From positions 1 through 64,000 of the forward strand of contig JBDTZG010000019.1 in NCBI GenBank assembly GCA_040005235.1: a stretch of 64,000 nt of DNA. Reading direction: 5' to 3'. Numbering within the stretch: the first letter of the stretch is position 1; each line of letters begins with the position of its first letter. Under the pieces are notes generated by a model. It did no database searches, was not told the origin of the DNA, and worked only from the letters and a program-made list of their open reading frames with translations. Origin of the DNA: Acidobacteriota bacterium (GTDB taxonomy: Bacteria > Acidobacteriota > Thermoanaerobaculia > Multivoradales > UBA5704). The position numbers were made by a program, and so were the translations under genes. Of this stretch, positions 20,826 to 30,740 are shown in pieces.

Positions 20826-21173
20826 TCATTCGTTGAAGCGGTGAATGCGCAGGCGAAGCGGGATGGATGAGCGGGCGTCGTCGATCGAAGAGATGACGTC
20901 GTCAGGCGGCAGCGCCCGGGCCGAAGAGGTGATTTCCGTACGAGCGGGCAGGGTGAGGCGAGGGCGGCCTCTTTTGCCGATTCTGCGGTGGATCGAGTGC
21001 GCACCGACGGAAAGGTGCGCAACGTTCGCCCGCCCGCTTCTCGCCTGCCCCGAGGAGATCCAGCTTTCGTCGCCTTCGGCCGAGATCGACCGGAGAGAGG
21101 GAGCCGAAACGGCGGCTGGCGGAAAGGCCCAAAGGCCGAGCAGGAGGGCGAAAAGCCAGGGGCGGCGAAACAT
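20826..21173 (-). CDS. Small hypothetical protein with an N-terminal signal/TM segment
   Basis: MFRRPWLFALLLGLWAF...; fills the gap between co-oriented genes. Confidence 0.45.
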   Translation of the reverse strand: MFRRPWLFALLLGLWAFPPAAVSAPSLRSISAEGDESWISSGQARSGRANVAHLSVGAHSIHRRIGKRGRPRLTLPARTEITSSARALPPDDVISSIDDARSSIPLRLRIHRFNE

Positions 21174-21266
21174 CAGGCGGGGAGTGTACCGCGGACCTGC
21201 AAGATGGGGCGACGCCGAGCGGAGCGTCGCCCCTGGATCGTGCGGCGAGTGGGGGCCTCCCGCGCG

Positions 21267-22493
21267 TCAGTGGGCGGGTAAAAACCTTTGGCCGAACACC
21301 CCCGTCAGGCTGTTCTGCCAAACGATCACCGCGCTGCCGTCTGCGGCATAACCGATCGCCGGCAGCCCGAGATGACGGTCCGCTCCGGCCGCGACCAGGA
21401 AATCGTCGGAGAGCGCTGCGCCAGCCGCCGAAAACCGCCGGGCCACGATCCCCGCATCGGCATCCGCATTGCCGTCTCCATCGCTCGTCCAGGCGACCGT
21501 GAAGCCGCCCGACGGCTCGTACGAGAGGGTCGGATGGCGCTGGACGCCGTCCCGTGCCTGGTTGACGATCGAGGTGCCGAGCGGCCGGCCGAGGCGGCTG
21601 AAGCGACGGACCAAGACGTCGCCACGGTCGAGCGCTGGGCTCTGGTCGGTCTGCCAGACGAGAGCGAAGGTTCCGCCTTTGCCGCAGGAGACCGCGGCGG
21701 TCGATTCTCGGGCACGCGGCGGAGCGATGGTCCGCTCGCCTTCGAGCGGCGCGAGGGTCGGTCCCAGCCGTCGCATCGAAACGCCCTTCAAGGTCGAGAG
21801 AAACGGCTGGAAGGTGTCGACGTTGGTCCAGGTCGCGATCGTGCGGTTTGCCGTGTCGATGCAGAGGTCCGGTCGGGAGTCGTTCACGAGTCCGGTATTG
21901 ATTTTCACCTGACCGGTTTTCGGCAAGCCCTGTGCGTCGAAGCGACGGACGAGGACCTCCGGATTGTCCGTGCCGAGGACGAAGCGCACCCAGGCGACGA
22001 CGAATGAACCGTCCGCCGCGCGGGCCACGGCGGGCTTCAGATGGCGCGAGATCGAAAGGCCGCTCGCGTCGTCGATCGACACTTGAATCCGGTCACCGAT
22101 CCGCTCGCCGACAAAGCCGAGCCGCTGCGCAAAAATTCGATCGGTCTCGGCCCACACGGCGACGACGTCATTGCGCGATGCCGCGAGATCGACCTCTTTG
22201 GCGGACGACGAATCGCTGCCGACGAAAGCGAAATCCGAGCCGAGGGCCGTGCCGTTGGCTTTGAAGCTCCGGCCCGGCACTCCATCCAGTCCGGCGTTTC
22301 CTTCTCCTTGCCAGGCGGCGATGAAATCGCCGGCCGGGGCCACCGCAACTTTCGGTTCACGCTGTTGACAATCAGAGCACGAGCTCAAGGAAAACGGCGG
22401 GCCGGCTTTGGCCGGGGCGGCGGCGAATGCTACCGAGCCGGCGAGGCCGACAGAGAGCGCCAGCGCGGCGATTGCGATCTTTGGGTTCGACAT
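21267..22493 (-). CDS. Secreted repeat protein (GxF[VI]VxW repeats, probable beta-propeller), paralog 1
   Basis: Signal peptide; AAGGAG RBS; about six to seven repeats of P.VA....G.FVVAW....V..RRF...G. Confidence 0.8.
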   Translation of the reverse strand: MSNPKIAIAALALSVGLAGSVAFAAAPAKAGPPFSLSSCSDCQQREPKVAVAPAGDFIAAWQGEGNAGLDGVPGRSFKANGTALGSDFAFVGSDSSSAKEVDLAASRNDVVAVWAETDRIFAQRLGFVGERIGDRIQVSIDDASGLSISRHLKPAVARAADGSFVVAWVRFVLGTDNPEVLVRRFDAQGLPKTGQVKINTGLVNDSRPDLCIDTANRTIATWTNVDTFQPFLSTLKGVSMRRLGPTLAPLEGERTIAPPRARESTAAVSCGKGGTFALVWQTDQSPALDRGDVLVRRFSRLGRPLGTSIVNQARDGVQRHPTLSYEPSGGFTVAWTSDGDGNADADAGIVARRFSAAGAALSDDFLVAAGADRHLGLPAIGYAADGSAVIVWQNSLTGVFGQRFLPAH

Positions 22494-22624
22494 AGGAAAG
22501 CTCCTTGGTGAAAAGAAGTCGATCAGCGCGGCCGCACCGAAGGGTTTTGTCTAGACCTGTCCTTCTTACGGTTCGGCGAGGGCCTGCGTTGGGCGTTGGC
22601 GCAAACCGCGGCGAGAGAAAATCA

Positions 22625-22663
22625 AGAGAAACGAAAAACGGCGCCCGAAAAAGGGCGCCGTTT
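22625..22663 (-). terminator. Rho-independent terminator between the two paralogs
   Basis: AAACGGCGCCC/GGGCGCCGTTT hairpin with a long U-rich tail on the minus strand. Confidence 0.85.
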
Positions 22664-22690
22664 GGCAAGGCTTCCTGCGCTTCGCGAGCG

Positions 22691-24019
22691 CTACTCTTGC
22701 GGCTCGGGGTCCGCGATGTCGGCGGCCTCTGCGGCCTCCGCGGGATCGGCGACTCCGGCTTGGGCCAGGAACGGCGTGCCGGGGGTGAAGCGGCGCATCC
22801 AGACCCCTTGCAAGCCGTCTTGGAAAGCGACGACGAAGTTGCCCGCGGTGCCGACGTGCGCGATCTCCGGCTCGATCGAACGCGGATTGCCCGACGGATA
22901 GGTGTCGACCGCGAAGTCCGTTCCGGTAGCCACGCCGGCTACCGAGAAACGGCGGCCGTTGATTGCGCCTCCGAAGGTTAGGTTGTGCTCCCAGACCACC
23001 ACGAAATTGCCCTTGGAGTCATGCGAGACCGCGGGGTTTCTTTGGTTTTCAGCGGTCACCGAGTTGACCCGGAACACGTTGCCCACGCGCCGCCCCAGCT
23101 TGGTGTAGCGGGCGCCGAGGATGTCGAACCGGTCGATCGCCGGCGGCTGATCGCTCTCCCAGACGATGACGAAGTTGCCGCCCGTGCCGCACGAGATGTT
23201 CATCTGGGCGTTGCTCGCGAGAGGTGGGGCGACGATGGTCTCGGCCCCCTGGAGGACCCCGGCCGCAGAGATCCGGCGCAACGAGACCCCCTTGTGGTTC
23301 GGCTGGAACAGAGGGAAGCCGTCGGCGGTGGTCCAAGCGACGTCGATCTGGCCGGTCGAATCGACGCAGAGGTCGGGACGGTCGCCGTTGACCAGCCGCG
23401 TGTTCAGCTTGACCGGGGCGCCTAGTGCCACGCCGTTCTTGTCGAATCGACGGATCTGGATCTCCGGATCGGTTCCGGGAGTCGTGGCTCCCGGCGGAAG
23501 ATAGCGAATCCAGGCGATCACGAATCCGCCGCCCGCCGTGCGACCGATGGTCGGGTTGAAATCGGCGTAGGGCGGCAACGCCGGGTTGTCCACGTTGACC
23601 AGGATCGGCGTTCCCTGAGGGACCCCGGCAAGCGAGTAACGCTGCGCGAACACGTCGCTGTTGGCGTTCGCCACGGAGGACCAGGCCGCAACGTATCCGG
23701 TTGCGTCTCCGGCCGCCGCGACGTCGAACTGCTCGGGCGGCACGACCCCTTTGTTGATCTGAAAGTCGGCGGCTTTCGGCATGCCGGTGTTTTTGAACAG
23801 GCGCCCGACGACTCCCTTGGCATCGATCGAGCTCTCCCCTTCCCAGGCGATCAGGAACTCACCCGATGCGAGCCCGGCGATCGAAGGGGTCGTTTGCGAG
23901 CAGGTGGTGCAAGAGCTGGCGCGCGCCTTGGCGCCGATCGGAGCGGGACCCGCGGCGCCCGCGGGCGGAAGTGCGGCGAGTAGGAGGGTTGCGGCGGCGA
24001 GGATCGGGGGTTTGAACAT
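22691..24019 (-). CDS. Secreted repeat protein, paralog 2
   Basis: GAGGAGG RBS before ATG24019 (MFKPPILAAA); same repeats and cysteines as paralog 1. Confidence 0.8.
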   Translation of the reverse strand: MFKPPILAAATLLLAALPPAGAAGPAPIGAKARASSCTTCSQTTPSIAGLASGEFLIAWEGESSIDAKGVVGRLFKNTGMPKAADFQINKGVVPPEQFDVAAAGDATGYVAAWSSVANANSDVFAQRYSLAGVPQGTPILVNVDNPALPPYADFNPTIGRTAGGGFVIAWIRYLPPGATTPGTDPEIQIRRFDKNGVALGAPVKLNTRLVNGDRPDLCVDSTGQIDVAWTTADGFPLFQPNHKGVSLRRISAAGVLQGAETIVAPPLASNAQMNISCGTGGNFVIVWESDQPPAIDRFDILGARYTKLGRRVGNVFRVNSVTAENQRNPAVSHDSKGNFVVVWEHNLTFGGAINGRRFSVAGVATGTDFAVDTYPSGNPRSIEPEIAHVGTAGNFVVAFQDGLQGVWMRRFTPGTPFLAQAGVADPAEAAEAADIADPEPQE

Positions 24020-24241
24020 AGGGGAGAACCTCCTCGGTGAGTCGCTTGCTGTGAATCCGGGTACGTCGGAAGCGGGCTCACGGGGACGGTACCGAGGTTC
24101 CGCCCTCATGTGCCGGGTGATTTTATCCATCCGGGCGTATACGTGCGAGGCTTTGAAAGCGTCGCGGTTTCCTTGCGGCCCCGTTCGGTGTCCAAGAGAA
24201 TGAAACGGTGCCGACCTGTCCGGCTCCGAGGGGTGATTTCG

Positions 24242-25138
24242 ATGCCAACGCTTAAAAGCAGCCTGCTCGCCGACCCTCGCCACTACCAGATCGCGGTGCT
24301 TGCCTCCTTGCTGCTCTATGGGGTGGCGGCGCTCGATTTTGAAGTTCCGCCGGTGCGGATCGCGGCAATCCTCGCCACCTGCCTTGGCGTCCAGTGGCTT
24401 GCCGGCAAATGGGCCGGCCTTCCCGCGTTCGAGCCGCGGAGCGCACTTATCTCCGGCCTTTCGCTCTGCCTGCTTTTGCGCACCAACTCGCTGTTCCTGG
24501 CGCTCGCCGCGGCGACTCTCGCGGTGGGCAGCAAGTTCGTCCTGCGATATCGCGGCAAACACCTGTTCAACCCGACCAATTTCGCGATCGTCGCGGCGAT
24601 CCTCTCCGGCGGCGGATGGGTCTCTCCCGCCCAGTGGGGCAACGCCGCGCTGTTCGGCTTCCTGATCGCCTGTTTGGGCGGCATGGTGGTCCATCGGGCG
24701 CTCCGCTCGGACGTCACCTACGCGTTCCTCGCCTTCTACCTCGCGATTCTATTCGCCCGCGCCACCTGGCTCGGCCAGCCGAACGCGACGCCTCTCCACC
24801 AACTGAGCAACGGGGCTTTCCTGATCTTTGCGTTCTTCATGATCTCGGACCCCAAGACCACCCCTGACTCGCGGCTCGGGCGGATCGTCTTCGCCGCGGC
24901 GGTGGCGCTCGGCGCGGGTTTCGTCACCTTCGTACTCTATCGGCCGAACGGGCTGTTGCTCTCGTTGGTCGCGATGTGCCTGCTCGTGCCGGTCCTCGAT
25001 CGGGTCTTTCCCGGAGAGCGGTTCGATTGGCGGCAAGCCGGGACGCGTCCGGCTCCCGAAACGGCCGGAGATTTGCCTCATTCCGTTTCCCCCCACACGC
25101 CAGGGACCGCGGGCCTTGCGGCTCCCGGACTGGTTTAG
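24242..25138 (+). CDS. Stand-alone RnfD/NqrB-like membrane protein
   Basis: DPRHYQI, SALISGLSLCLLLRT, KHLFNPTNF and FFMISDPKTTP motifs. Confidence 0.85.
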   Translation: MPTLKSSLLADPRHYQIAVLASLLLYGVAALDFEVPPVRIAAILATCLGVQWLAGKWAGLPAFEPRSALISGLSLCLLLRTNSLFLALAAATLAVGSKFVLRYRGKHLFNPTNFAIVAAILSGGGWVSPAQWGNAALFGFLIACLGGMVVHRALRSDVTYAFLAFYLAILFARATWLGQPNATPLHQLSNGAFLIFAFFMISDPKTTPDSRLGRIVFAAAVALGAGFVTFVLYRPNGLLLSLVAMCLLVPVLDRVFPGERFDWRQAGTRPAPETAGDLPHSVSPHTPGTAGLAAPGLV

Positions 25139-25167
25139 GTTCCCTTGAGAAAGAAAGGAAAATACCA

Positions 25168-26550
25168 ATGGCTCGGCACACGGAAGGACGGCACAGAGGG
25201 CTCTTGCTCGCCCTGGTGGCCTGCTTGGCCGCGGGGCCTCTGGCGCCCGCGATCTTCGCGTTCTGCGGCTTCTACGTCGCAAAGGCGGACACCAAGCTGT
25301 TCAACCAGGCATCGCAGATCGTCATGGTGCGCGACGACGATCGAACGGTGCTCACGATGGCGAACGACTTCAAGGGCGATCCGAAAGAGTTCGCGGTGGT
25401 CATCCCGGTCCCGGTGGTCTTGAAGCGCGAGCAGATCCACGTCGCGGACAAGGGGCTGATCGACCATCTCGACTCTTACACGGCGCCGCGCCTGGTCGAG
25501 TATTTCGACGACAACCCCTGCCAACGACAAGTCTACGAAAGGATGGCCCCGTCTGCGGGGGTGGCGGGCGGCGTGGTCGGGGGAATGGCGATGGACCGGG
25601 CCGAAAAGCTCGGAGTGAAGATCGAGGCGAAGTACACGGTGGGCGAATACGACATCCTGATCCTCTCGGCCACCCAGAGCTCGGGGCTCGAAACCTGGCT
25701 GCGCGAGAGCGGCTATCGCATCCCCGACGGCGCTTCAGGCGTGCTCGGCGCCTACATCAAACAGGGAATGAAGTTCTTCGTCGCCAAGGTCAACTTGAAA
25801 GAGCAGTCGAAGCTCGGTTTCAGCTCGCTCCGTCCGCTCCAGGTCGCCTACGAGGCGGCGAAATTCATGCTGCCGATCCGCCTTGGAATGGTCAATTCGG
25901 CCGGCGCTCAGGAGATGTTCGTCTACACCCTCTCGCGCAAGGGCCGGGTCGAGACCACCAATTACCGGACGGTCAAGCTCCCTTCCGGGGACGAGATCCC
26001 GCCTTACGTCAAGGACGAGTTCGGGGACTTCTACAAGGCGATGTTCACCCAGCAGGTGAAGAAAGAGGATTCCCAGGCGGTCTTCCTCGAATACGCCTGG
26101 GACATGAGCTGGTGCGATCCCTGCGCCGCCGAGCCGCTCTCTCAAGCCGAGCTGCGCGAGCTGGGGGTCTTCTGGCTCGATGGCCCAACCGATTCCGGAG
26201 GGCGCGGCGGTTTCGTCCCCTCGGGCGGGAGCCAGAACGTGTTCGTCACCCGTCTCCACCTGCGCTACGACCGGGCGCACTTCCCGGAGGACTTGGTGTT
26301 CCAGCAGACGGCGGACCGCGAGAACTTCCAGGGGCGCTACGTCCTGCGCCATCCGTGGAAAGGGGACGACCGCTGCGAGGAGGCTCGGCAATATCGCCGC
26401 GAGCTTCCAAAGCGGCTGGATCGCGAGGCGCAGACGCTCGCCCACCTGACCGGTTGGGACGTCAACAAGATCCGAGGCAAGATGAACCTCGCGAGCGTCT
26501 CCTCCGAGCCCGGCGAGGAGGAGCCCTGGTGGAAGAGGATTTGGGACTGA
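25168..26550 (+). CDS. DUF2330 domain secreted protein
   Basis: Signal peptide followed by FCGFYVA; YTAPRLVEYFD; WDMSWCDPC; TRLHLRY; FQGRYVLRH. Confidence 0.9.
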   Translation: MARHTEGRHRGLLLALVACLAAGPLAPAIFAFCGFYVAKADTKLFNQASQIVMVRDDDRTVLTMANDFKGDPKEFAVVIPVPVVLKREQIHVADKGLIDHLDSYTAPRLVEYFDDNPCQRQVYERMAPSAGVAGGVVGGMAMDRAEKLGVKIEAKYTVGEYDILILSATQSSGLETWLRESGYRIPDGASGVLGAYIKQGMKFFVAKVNLKEQSKLGFSSLRPLQVAYEAAKFMLPIRLGMVNSAGAQEMFVYTLSRKGRVETTNYRTVKLPSGDEIPPYVKDEFGDFYKAMFTQQVKKEDSQAVFLEYAWDMSWCDPCAAEPLSQAELRELGVFWLDGPTDSGGRGGFVPSGGSQNVFVTRLHLRYDRAHFPEDLVFQQTADRENFQGRYVLRHPWKGDDRCEEARQYRRELPKRLDREAQTLAHLTGWDVNKIRGKMNLASVSSEPGEEEPWWKRIWD

Positions 26551-26623
26551 CGGCGTTGTAGAATCGATGGTTCCGGCGGGATCGGCCGCTTCGGGGCGCT
26601 CCCGCCGGGCATCGAGGCCTCCC

Positions 26624-28423
26624 TTGGAAGACATCCGCAACTTCTGCATCATCGCGCACATCGACCACGGCAAATCGACGCTCGCCGATCGCTTGATCCA
26701 GCGCTGCGGCGGGGTGGAGAAGCGCGAATTCCGCGACCAGCTGCTCGACTCGATGGACATCGAGCGCGAGCGGGGCATCACGATCAAGAGCAACACGGTG
26801 AGCCTGTCTTATACCGCGAAGGACGGCGTCACCTATCGGCTGAACCTGATCGACACCCCCGGCCATGTCGATTTCTCGCACGAGGTGCGGCGCTCGCTGA
26901 TGTCGTGCGAAGGGGCGCTGCTGCTGGTCGACGCCTCCCAAGGGGTCGAGGCGCAGACGCTCGCCAACCTCTACGTCGCGATGGAATACGACCTGACGAT
27001 CGTGCCGGTGATCAACAAGATCGATTTGCCTTCCGCCGACGTCGACCGGGTGCGCGAGGAGATCGACGCGGACCTTGGGCTCGATCCGTTCGAGGCCGTG
27101 CTCTGCTCGGCGAAGCTTGGCATCGGCATCGACGAGGTGCTCGAAGCGGTGGTGACCCGCCTGCCGCCGCCCCTGGGCAAGGTCGAAGACCCCCTGCGGG
27201 CGTTGATTTTCGACGCCCAGTACGACGCCTATCGCGGCGTCGTCCTGTTGATCCGGGTGAAAGAAGGGGCGATCCGCCCGGGGCAGAAAGTCGTGTTGAT
27301 GCACTCGCGCCGCGAGTACGACGTCGAAGAGGTCGGCCTGCTCCAGTTGAAGCGGGTGAAGACCGCGACACTCGAAGCGGGCGCCGTGGGCTACGTCATC
27401 GCGGGGGTCAAATCGGTCTCGGACATCGCCGTGGGCGACACGATCACCGACGTCGCCCGGCCGGCCGCCGCGCCTCTGCCCGGCTACAAAGAGGCGAAGC
27501 CGGTGGTGTTCTCTTCCATCTATCCGATCGCCACCGACGAATACGAAGATCTCGCCAAAGCGCTCGACAAGCTGAAGCTGAACGACGCCGCGCTTACCTT
27601 CCAAAAGGACAGCTCGACCGCCCTCGGCTTCGGCTTTCGCTGCGGTTTCCTGGGGCTGCTCCACCTGGAGGTGGTGCAGGAGCGCCTGGAGCGCGAGTAC
27701 GACCTGGCGCTGCTGCTTTCGGCGCCTTCGGTTCGCTACATCCTGCATCTGACCTCGGGGGAGCGAACGGAGATCGACAACCCTTCTTTCTTTCCCGATC
27801 CGGGCGCCATCGCGCGCGCCGAGGAGCCATTCATCAAGGCGTCGGTCCGCATGCCCGAGCGTTACGTGGGCGCGGTGATGGAGCTCTGCCGCGACCGGCG
27901 CGGCCAGAACACGACCTTCAACTACCTCGCGGTCGGCCGGGTGGAGATCGTTTCCGAGCTGCCGCTCGCCGAAGTGCTGTTCGATTTCAACGACCGGCTG
28001 AAGACCATCACCCAGGGCTACGGCTCGTTCGACTACGACCTGCTCGACTACCGCGACACCGACCTGGTGAAAGTGGACATCTTGGTGAACGGCGAAAAGG
28101 TGGACGCCCTCTCCCAGCTGGTCCATCGCGAGAAGGCCCGCTTCCGCGCGCTCCACTACTGCGAGCGGCTGGAGGCGACGATCCCGCGTCAGCAGTTCAA
28201 GATCGCGATCCAAGGGGCGATCGGCGGCAACATCATCGCCCGCTCGACGATCAATGCCTACCGCAAGGACGTCATCGCCAAGTGCTACGGCGGCGACATC
28301 AGCCGTAAGCGCAAGCTGCTCGAAAAGCAAAAAGAAGGCAAGAAGCGGATGAAGGTCGTGGGCAACGTCGAGATCCCGCAGGAAGCATTCCTCGCCGTGC
28401 TCAAGACCGACCTCGACAGCTGA
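26624..28423 (+). CDS. lepA: Translation elongation factor 4 (LepA); alternative start 26567
   Basis: IRNFCIIAHIDHGKSTLADR, ERERGITIK, DTPGHVDF, GFRCGFLGLLH, KCYGGDISRKRKLLEKQKEGKKRMK. Confidence 0.98.
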   Translation: MEDIRNFCIIAHIDHGKSTLADRLIQRCGGVEKREFRDQLLDSMDIERERGITIKSNTVSLSYTAKDGVTYRLNLIDTPGHVDFSHEVRRSLMSCEGALLLVDASQGVEAQTLANLYVAMEYDLTIVPVINKIDLPSADVDRVREEIDADLGLDPFEAVLCSAKLGIGIDEVLEAVVTRLPPPLGKVEDPLRALIFDAQYDAYRGVVLLIRVKEGAIRPGQKVVLMHSRREYDVEEVGLLQLKRVKTATLEAGAVGYVIAGVKSVSDIAVGDTITDVARPAAAPLPGYKEAKPVVFSSIYPIATDEYEDLAKALDKLKLNDAALTFQKDSSTALGFGFRCGFLGLLHLEVVQERLEREYDLALLLSAPSVRYILHLTSGERTEIDNPSFFPDPGAIARAEEPFIKASVRMPERYVGAVMELCRDRRGQNTTFNYLAVGRVEIVSELPLAEVLFDFNDRLKTITQGYGSFDYDLLDYRDTDLVKVDILVNGEKVDALSQLVHREKARFRALHYCERLEATIPRQQFKIAIQGAIGGNIIARSTINAYRKDVIAKCYGGDISRKRKLLEKQKEGKKRMKVVGNVEIPQEAFLAVLKTDLDS

Positions 28424-28456
28424 GCCGCCGGCCTCGGAGACCCGTGAGCCCCGAGC

Positions 28457-29179
28457 ATGCGTCTACTCCTGGTCGAAGACTCCCAACGCCTTCGCTCGAC
28501 CCTCGAACGCGGCCTGCGCAAAATCGGCCATGCCGTGGACGCCGCGGCGGACGGGCGGGAGGGTCTCTGGCTCGCGACTGAAAACAGTTACGACGCGATC
28601 GTCCTCGACCTGCTTCTGCCGGAGATCGACGGCTATACGGTGCTCAAACAGCTGCGGGAGCGGGGCAAACGCACGCCCGTCCTGATTCTGTCTGCCAAAG
28701 ACCTGGTCGAAGACCGGGTGCGCGGGCTCGACCTTGGGGCCGACGACTACCTGGTCAAGCCGTTTGCGTTCGAAGAGCTGGTCGCCCGCCTCCAGGCGCT
28801 CGCCCGGCGAGGTCACCAGGTGGCCACTCCCGCGCTGGTGATCGGGCCTCTTTCGGTCGATCTCGCCGCCCGCCGGGTTTGGTGCGACGGCCGCGAAGTC
28901 CGATTGACCGCGCGCGAATTCAGCGTCTTGGAGCTGCTCGCCCTCCGGCGGGGCGAGGTGGTGTCGCGCCGCGAGCTTTGGGAGCACCTCTATGAATTCG
29001 AGGACGAGGCTGCGAGCAACGTGGTCGACGTTCTGGTCTACAGCATGCGGAAGAAGCTCGAAGGGGCCGATGGCGGTTCGGCCTCCCGGTTGATTCAGAC
29101 CCGCCGCGGCCAGGGCTACCTGCTCGACGTCGCGCCGGTCGAGGCGCCGGACGACATCGCGGGCGAGGGCGTTTCGTGA
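28457..29179 (+). CDS. OmpR-family response regulator
   Basis: LLVED, VLDLLLP, GADDYLVKPF; winged-helix motifs LTAREF and IQTRRGQGY. Confidence 0.95.
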   Translation: MRLLLVEDSQRLRSTLERGLRKIGHAVDAAADGREGLWLATENSYDAIVLDLLLPEIDGYTVLKQLRERGKRTPVLILSAKDLVEDRVRGLDLGADDYLVKPFAFEELVARLQALARRGHQVATPALVIGPLSVDLAARRVWCDGREVRLTAREFSVLELLALRRGEVVSRRELWEHLYEFEDEAASNVVDVLVYSMRKKLEGADGGSASRLIQTRRGQGYLLDVAPVEAPDDIAGEGVS

Positions 29180-30630
29180 GATCGCTCCGCGGCCGACTGA
29201 CGCTGTACCTCCTGGTCGGCTCGGGCGCGCTGCTTGCGCTCGGCGGTCTCTTCCTCTATCGGGTGATCACCTCCCGACTGCAAGAAGATTTCGACCAGCA
29301 GCTGGTGGCCAAGGCCCGGTCGCTCGCCCTGCTCACCGAAGAGGCGGAAGGCGCCCTCTGGGTCGAGCTGCCCGAAGAGGGGATGCCCGAATTCGCGGCC
29401 GGTTCATCGTCCGAGTTCTTCGAGTTCTGGATGGCCGACGGCAAGATGCTCCGGCGTTCGAATTCGCTCGCCGGGCGCGATCTGCCGCGTCTTTCCGCCG
29501 CATCGAAGAGTGCCTGGCAGGCGCCGCGCCTGTGGAGCTCGGCCCTGCCGGATGGCCGGCCCGGTCGCCTGGTCCAGCTCACGGTCCTGCCGCGCATCGA
29601 CGACCATCCCGCGGGAGAGGGGGGTGAAGCCGGCGTCGAGGTGCGTTTCGACCCGGCGGGACCGAAGGCGACCCTGGTGCTCGCCCGCGGCCACGGCGAT
29701 CTCGACCGCTTTCTCGCCGAAACGCGGCTCTGGCTCGGCGTCTCGTTCTTCTTCCTGCTCGCCGGTCTCGTCGGCCTGATCCGTTTGAGTCTCGGACTGG
29801 GCCTTGCGCCGCTCTCCCGGCTGGTTTCGCGGATCGAACGGCTGGACGCCGGCTCGCTCGGCGAGCGGATCGATCCGACCGACGTTCCGGCCGAGATTTC
29901 GGTCGTGGTTCAACGGATCAACGACCTGCTCGGTCGGCTGGAAACCTCGTTTGCGCGCGAGAAGGCGTTTTCCTCGCACCTAGCCCATGAGCTGCGGACG
30001 CCGCTCGCCGAGCTGCGGGCCGCGACCGAGGTGGCGCTGCGCTGGCCGGACGATTCCGCCTCGGTCGCCGCGAGCCTCGAAGACGCTCGGGCGATCGGTC
30101 TGCACATGGAGCGAATCGCCGAAAACCTGCTCGCCTTGGCGCGTAGCGAGAGCGCTCCGGAGGCGCCGGTCGAAGAGGAAGTGCCGCTGCGTGCCGCGAT
30201 CGAAGAGGCCTGGCGCCCTCTGGCTCGCGCCGCGGCGGAAAAAAAGATCGAGCTGAACAACGAGATACCCGACGGGCTCGCCCTGCCCACCGACCGGGCG
30301 AAACTCGGGTTGATCCTCTCCAATCTGCTCGACAACGCGGTGGCCCATGGCTCGCCCGGCGGCTGGGTCGCCTGCCGGGCGCTCCCCTCCAACCACGGCT
30401 CAAACGCCACGGTCGCCCTCGGGGTGGAGGTGAGCAACCCGGCGGCGGATCTGTCGTCCGACGATCTGCCCCATCTGTTCGACCGCTTCTGGCAGAAAGA
30501 CCCGTCGCGCTCCGGCCCGCACGCGGGCCTCGGCCTGCCGCTGGTCGCCTCGCTCGGCCGCTCGCTGGGCCTTATCGTCGACGCGCGGCTCGCCGCCGGC
30601 AACCTCGAAATCCGGCTGGCCCGATTCTGA
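29176..30630 (+). CDS. Sensor histidine kinase (QseC/CusS-like)
   Basis: Two TM helices and HAMP; AHELRTPL H-box; NLLDNA; FDRFW; GLGL; overlaps the regulator stop. Confidence 0.93.
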   Translation: MRSLRGRLTLYLLVGSGALLALGGLFLYRVITSRLQEDFDQQLVAKARSLALLTEEAEGALWVELPEEGMPEFAAGSSSEFFEFWMADGKMLRRSNSLAGRDLPRLSAASKSAWQAPRLWSSALPDGRPGRLVQLTVLPRIDDHPAGEGGEAGVEVRFDPAGPKATLVLARGHGDLDRFLAETRLWLGVSFFFLLAGLVGLIRLSLGLGLAPLSRLVSRIERLDAGSLGERIDPTDVPAEISVVVQRINDLLGRLETSFAREKAFSSHLAHELRTPLAELRAATEVALRWPDDSASVAASLEDARAIGLHMERIAENLLALARSESAPEAPVEEEVPLRAAIEEAWRPLARAAAEKKIELNNEIPDGLALPTDRAKLGLILSNLLDNAVAHGSPGGWVACRALPSNHGSNATVALGVEVSNPAADLSSDDLPHLFDRFWQKDPSRSGPHAGLGLPLVASLGRSLGLIVDARLAAGNLEIRLARF

Positions 30631-30740
30631 TCTACGGGCCGCGTCGCGATTTTAAAGTCCCCCTCTCTGCCCGGGGCGGCACTCTTGCCTCCGGGGGGCC
30701 CCGTCTTCAAGCTGGAGGGGGGATCAGGGAAGGACCGGGA

